In this document: positions 6,680 through 8,482 of the stretch, in pieces | Numbering within the stretch: position 1 is the stretch's first letter | Layout: each line of letters starts with the position of its first letter | Translations under genes and position numbers: made by a program | Source: a virus | Lineage: Duplodnaviria > Heunggongvirae > Uroviricota > Caudoviricetes | Virus record (IMG/VR): IMGVR_UViG_2693429728_000003 | Location: 1-8,482 of that record | Direction: 5' to 3' (one strand) | Length of the DNA stretch: 8,482 nucleotides | Notes under the pieces: generated by a model | Told to the model about the DNA's origin: nothing | Databases searched by the model: none | Seen by the model: the letters and a program-made list of their open reading frames with translations, nothing else

Positions 6680-6682
6680 TAT

Positions 6683-7261
6683 ATGGACAAAAATCTAACA
6701 GAAATCATGCGCCTTATCACCAACCTGATCCGCACTGGTGTAGTCACCGAAGTGGACCGGGAGAACTGGCTTTGCCGGGTGAAAACGGGCGAGCTTGAAA
6801 CTAACTGGATCAGTTGGCTGACGCTGCGTGCCGGGAATGCCAGGACATGGTGGCGACCATCGGAAGGTGAACAGGTGGTGCTGCTGAGTCTGGGCGGCAA
6901 TCTGGAAACCGCCTTTGCGTTACCCGCCATCTATTCGAATCAGTTCGCGCCACCGTCGACGTCGGCGGACGCCTGCGTGACAGAACATCCTGACGGTGGC
7001 TGGTTTGAATACGAACCCGCCACCGGGCGCTGGTATGTCAGGGGCATCAAATCAATGGTCATTGAGGCCGCTGACAACATCACCATGAAAACCAGTGAGT
7101 TTGTACTGGAGGCTGACCGCACGCGCATTAACAGTGAAGTGGTGATCAATGGTGGCGTTACCCAGGGCGGCGGAGCGATGAGTTCTAACGGGATCGTGGT
7201 TGATGCGCATCAGCATACTGGCGTCCTGAAAGGCGGCGATACAACCGGAGGCCCGGTATGA
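6683..7261 (+). CDS. V: Baseplate spike/assembly protein gpV
   Basis: 192-aa ORF with recalled similarity to P2 gpV (NLIRTGVVTEVD, RAGNARTWWRPSEGEQV, ETAFALPAIYS, glycine-rich C-terminus HQHTGV). No clear SD before ATG 6683; in-frame ATG at 6707 is an alternative start. Confidence 0.85.
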   Translation: MDKNLTEIMRLITNLIRTGVVTEVDRENWLCRVKTGELETNWISWLTLRAGNARTWWRPSEGEQVVLLSLGGNLETAFALPAIYSNQFAPPSTSADACVTEHPDGGWFEYEPATGRWYVRGIKSMVIEAADNITMKTSEFVLEADRTRINSEVVINGGVTQGGGAMSSNGIVVDAHQHTGVLKGGDTTGGPV

Positions 7262-7617
7262 CGCTTTATATCGGGATGAACAATACCAGCGGCAAAGTCA
7301 TTACTGATATTGACCATCTGCGCCAGTCGGTGCGGGACATTCTGCTGACACCGCAGGGTAGCCGTATTGCCCGTCGTGAATATGGTTCCCTGCTGTCGGC
7401 ACTGATAGACCAGCCACAAAATCCGGCATTACGTCTGCAGGTCATGTCGGCAGTGTATGTGGCGCTTAGTCGTTGGGAGCCACGGCTGACGCTGGATTCC
7501 ATCACCATCAACAGCAATTTTGACGGTTCAATGATGGTGGAGCTGACCGGGCGGCGTAATAACGGTGTGCCTGTTTCCCTTTCCGTATCAACAGGAGCAG
7601 AGAATGGCAGTGATTGA
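7258..7617 (+). CDS. W: Baseplate protein gpW (GPW/gp25 family)
   Basis: 119-aa ORF coupled to V by an ATGA overlap. Recalled similarity to P2 gpW (SVRDILLTPQGSRIARREYGS, LSRWEPRL). Confidence 0.87.
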   Translation: MTLYIGMNNTSGKVITDIDHLRQSVRDILLTPQGSRIARREYGSLLSALIDQPQNPALRLQVMSAVYVALSRWEPRLTLDSITINSNFDGSMMVELTGRRNNGVPVSLSVSTGAENGSD

Positions 7618-8482
7618 TCTTTCGCAGTTGCCTGCACCGCAGATTGTGGATGTGCCGGACTTTGAGACGCTGCTTGCCGAACGCAAGGCAGAATTTGTGG
7701 CACTTCATCCGAAAGATGAGCAGGAAGCAGTGATGCGTACGCTGGAACTTGAATCTGAACCCGTCACCAAATTGTTGCAGGAGAACGCTTACCGTGAGTT
7801 GCTTCTGCGCCAGCGCATTAACGAAGCCGCGCAGGCTGTGATGGTGGCTTACGCGATGGGCGGCGATCTTGACCAGCTCGCTGCCAACTACAACGTGAAA
7901 CGCCTGACGGTGACGCCTGCTGATAATGACGCTGTGCCACCCGTTGCGGCTGTGATGGAAAGCGATGAAGCGTTACGCCTGCGTGTGCCTGCAGCCTTTG
8001 AAGGGCTTTCAGTTGCGGGGCCAACTGCAGCTTATGAATTTCATGCCCGAAGCGCCGACGGTCGGGTGGCGGATGCCAGTGCAACCAGCCCGGCACCTGC
8101 AGAGGTGGTGCTGACTGTCCTTAGCCGCGAAGGCAATGGAACTGCAGAAAAAGACCTGCTGGACGTGGTGGAAAAAGCTCTGAACAGTGAGAACGTCCGC
8201 CCAGTGGCTGACCGTCTTACGGTTCGCAGTGCAGAAATCATCCCGTATCGCGTGGAAGCCACCATTTTTCTATATCCGGGACCGGAAGCAGAGCCGGTAA
8301 TGGCAGCGGCAAAAGCCAGCCTGCAGAAGTACATCGCCAGTCAGACGCGTCTTGGTCGGGATATTCGCCGTAGCGCCATCTTTGCCGCCCTGCATGTTGA
8401 GGGGGTGCAGCGTGTGGAGCTGGCTTCTCCTCTGGCGGATGTGGTCCTGAACAAAACACAGGCGGCATCATGTACGCAGTGG
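7604..8482 (+). CDS. J: Baseplate assembly protein gpJ, N-terminal part (3' end lies outside the window)
   Basis: Frame opens at ATG 7604 (AGGAG at 7593-7597) and stays open to the window end; translation MAVIDLSQLPAPQIVDVPDFE ... GRDIRRSAIFAALHVEGVQRVELASPLADVVLN strongly resembles P2 gpJ. It is absent from the ORF track, presumably because no stop falls in the window. Confidence 0.87.
   Translation, partial: MAVIDLSQLPAPQIVDVPDFETLLAERKAEFVALHPKDEQEAVMRTLELESEPVTKLLQENAYRELLLRQRINEAAQAVMVAYAMGGDLDQLAANYNVKRLTVTPADNDAVPPVAAVMESDEALRLRVPAAFEGLSVAGPTAAYEFHARSADGRVADASATSPAPAEVVLTVLSREGNGTAEKDLLDVVEKALNSENVRPVADRLTVRSAEIIPYRVEATIFLYPGPEAEPVMAAAKASLQKYIASQTRLGRDIRRSAIFAALHVEGVQRVELASPLADVVLNKTQAASCTQW

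Larger units (their letters stand above)
5505..6682. other. AT-rich horizontally acquired island (moron) inserted between tail genes S and V
   Basis: By eye, base composition drops from well over 50% GC in the flanks to roughly one-third GC across about 5505-6682, and the gene orientation reverses relative to the unidirectional late operon. In P2 the S-V junction holds a low-GC foreign gene (orf30), so this is a known variable site. Confidence 0.8.

Noticed and set aside
6604-6798. 64-aa + strand ORF overlapping the V start
   Set aside because: It is out of frame with and overlaps gpV, has no RBS, and lies in the promoter region, so it is likely spurious.
1-8482. Search for CRISPR repeats, tRNA/tmRNA genes, att sites, integrase or transposase genes
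   Set aside because: No regularly spaced direct repeats, no tRNA-like sequences and no recombinase ORFs were seen. The window is internal to the prophage late region.

Overview
This window reads as the late (head, lysis, tail and baseplate) region of a P2-like temperate phage or prophage from an enterobacterial host. All structural genes are on the + strand in canonical P2 order: O (5' partial), N, M, L, X, holin, endolysin, lysA, lysB, lysC, R, S, then V, W, J (3' partial). Identities rest on recalled similarity to P2 proteins plus synteny; no database search was possible. The lysis cassette pairs a small two-TMD holin with a signal-anchor-release (SAR) endolysin that carries a P1 Lyz-like Cys/Glu/Cys/Thr arrangement, followed by overlapped spanin genes. 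The notable feature is a ~1.1 kb strongly AT-rich island inserted between S and V, with a single reverse-strand 339-aa ORF of unrecognised function. It has its own sigma70-like promoter, diverging from the putative V late promoter. This is a moron at a known variable site of P2-like phages and the best candidate here for an undescribed accessory or anti-phage function. No tRNA, rRNA, CRISPR array, integrase or transposase was seen.
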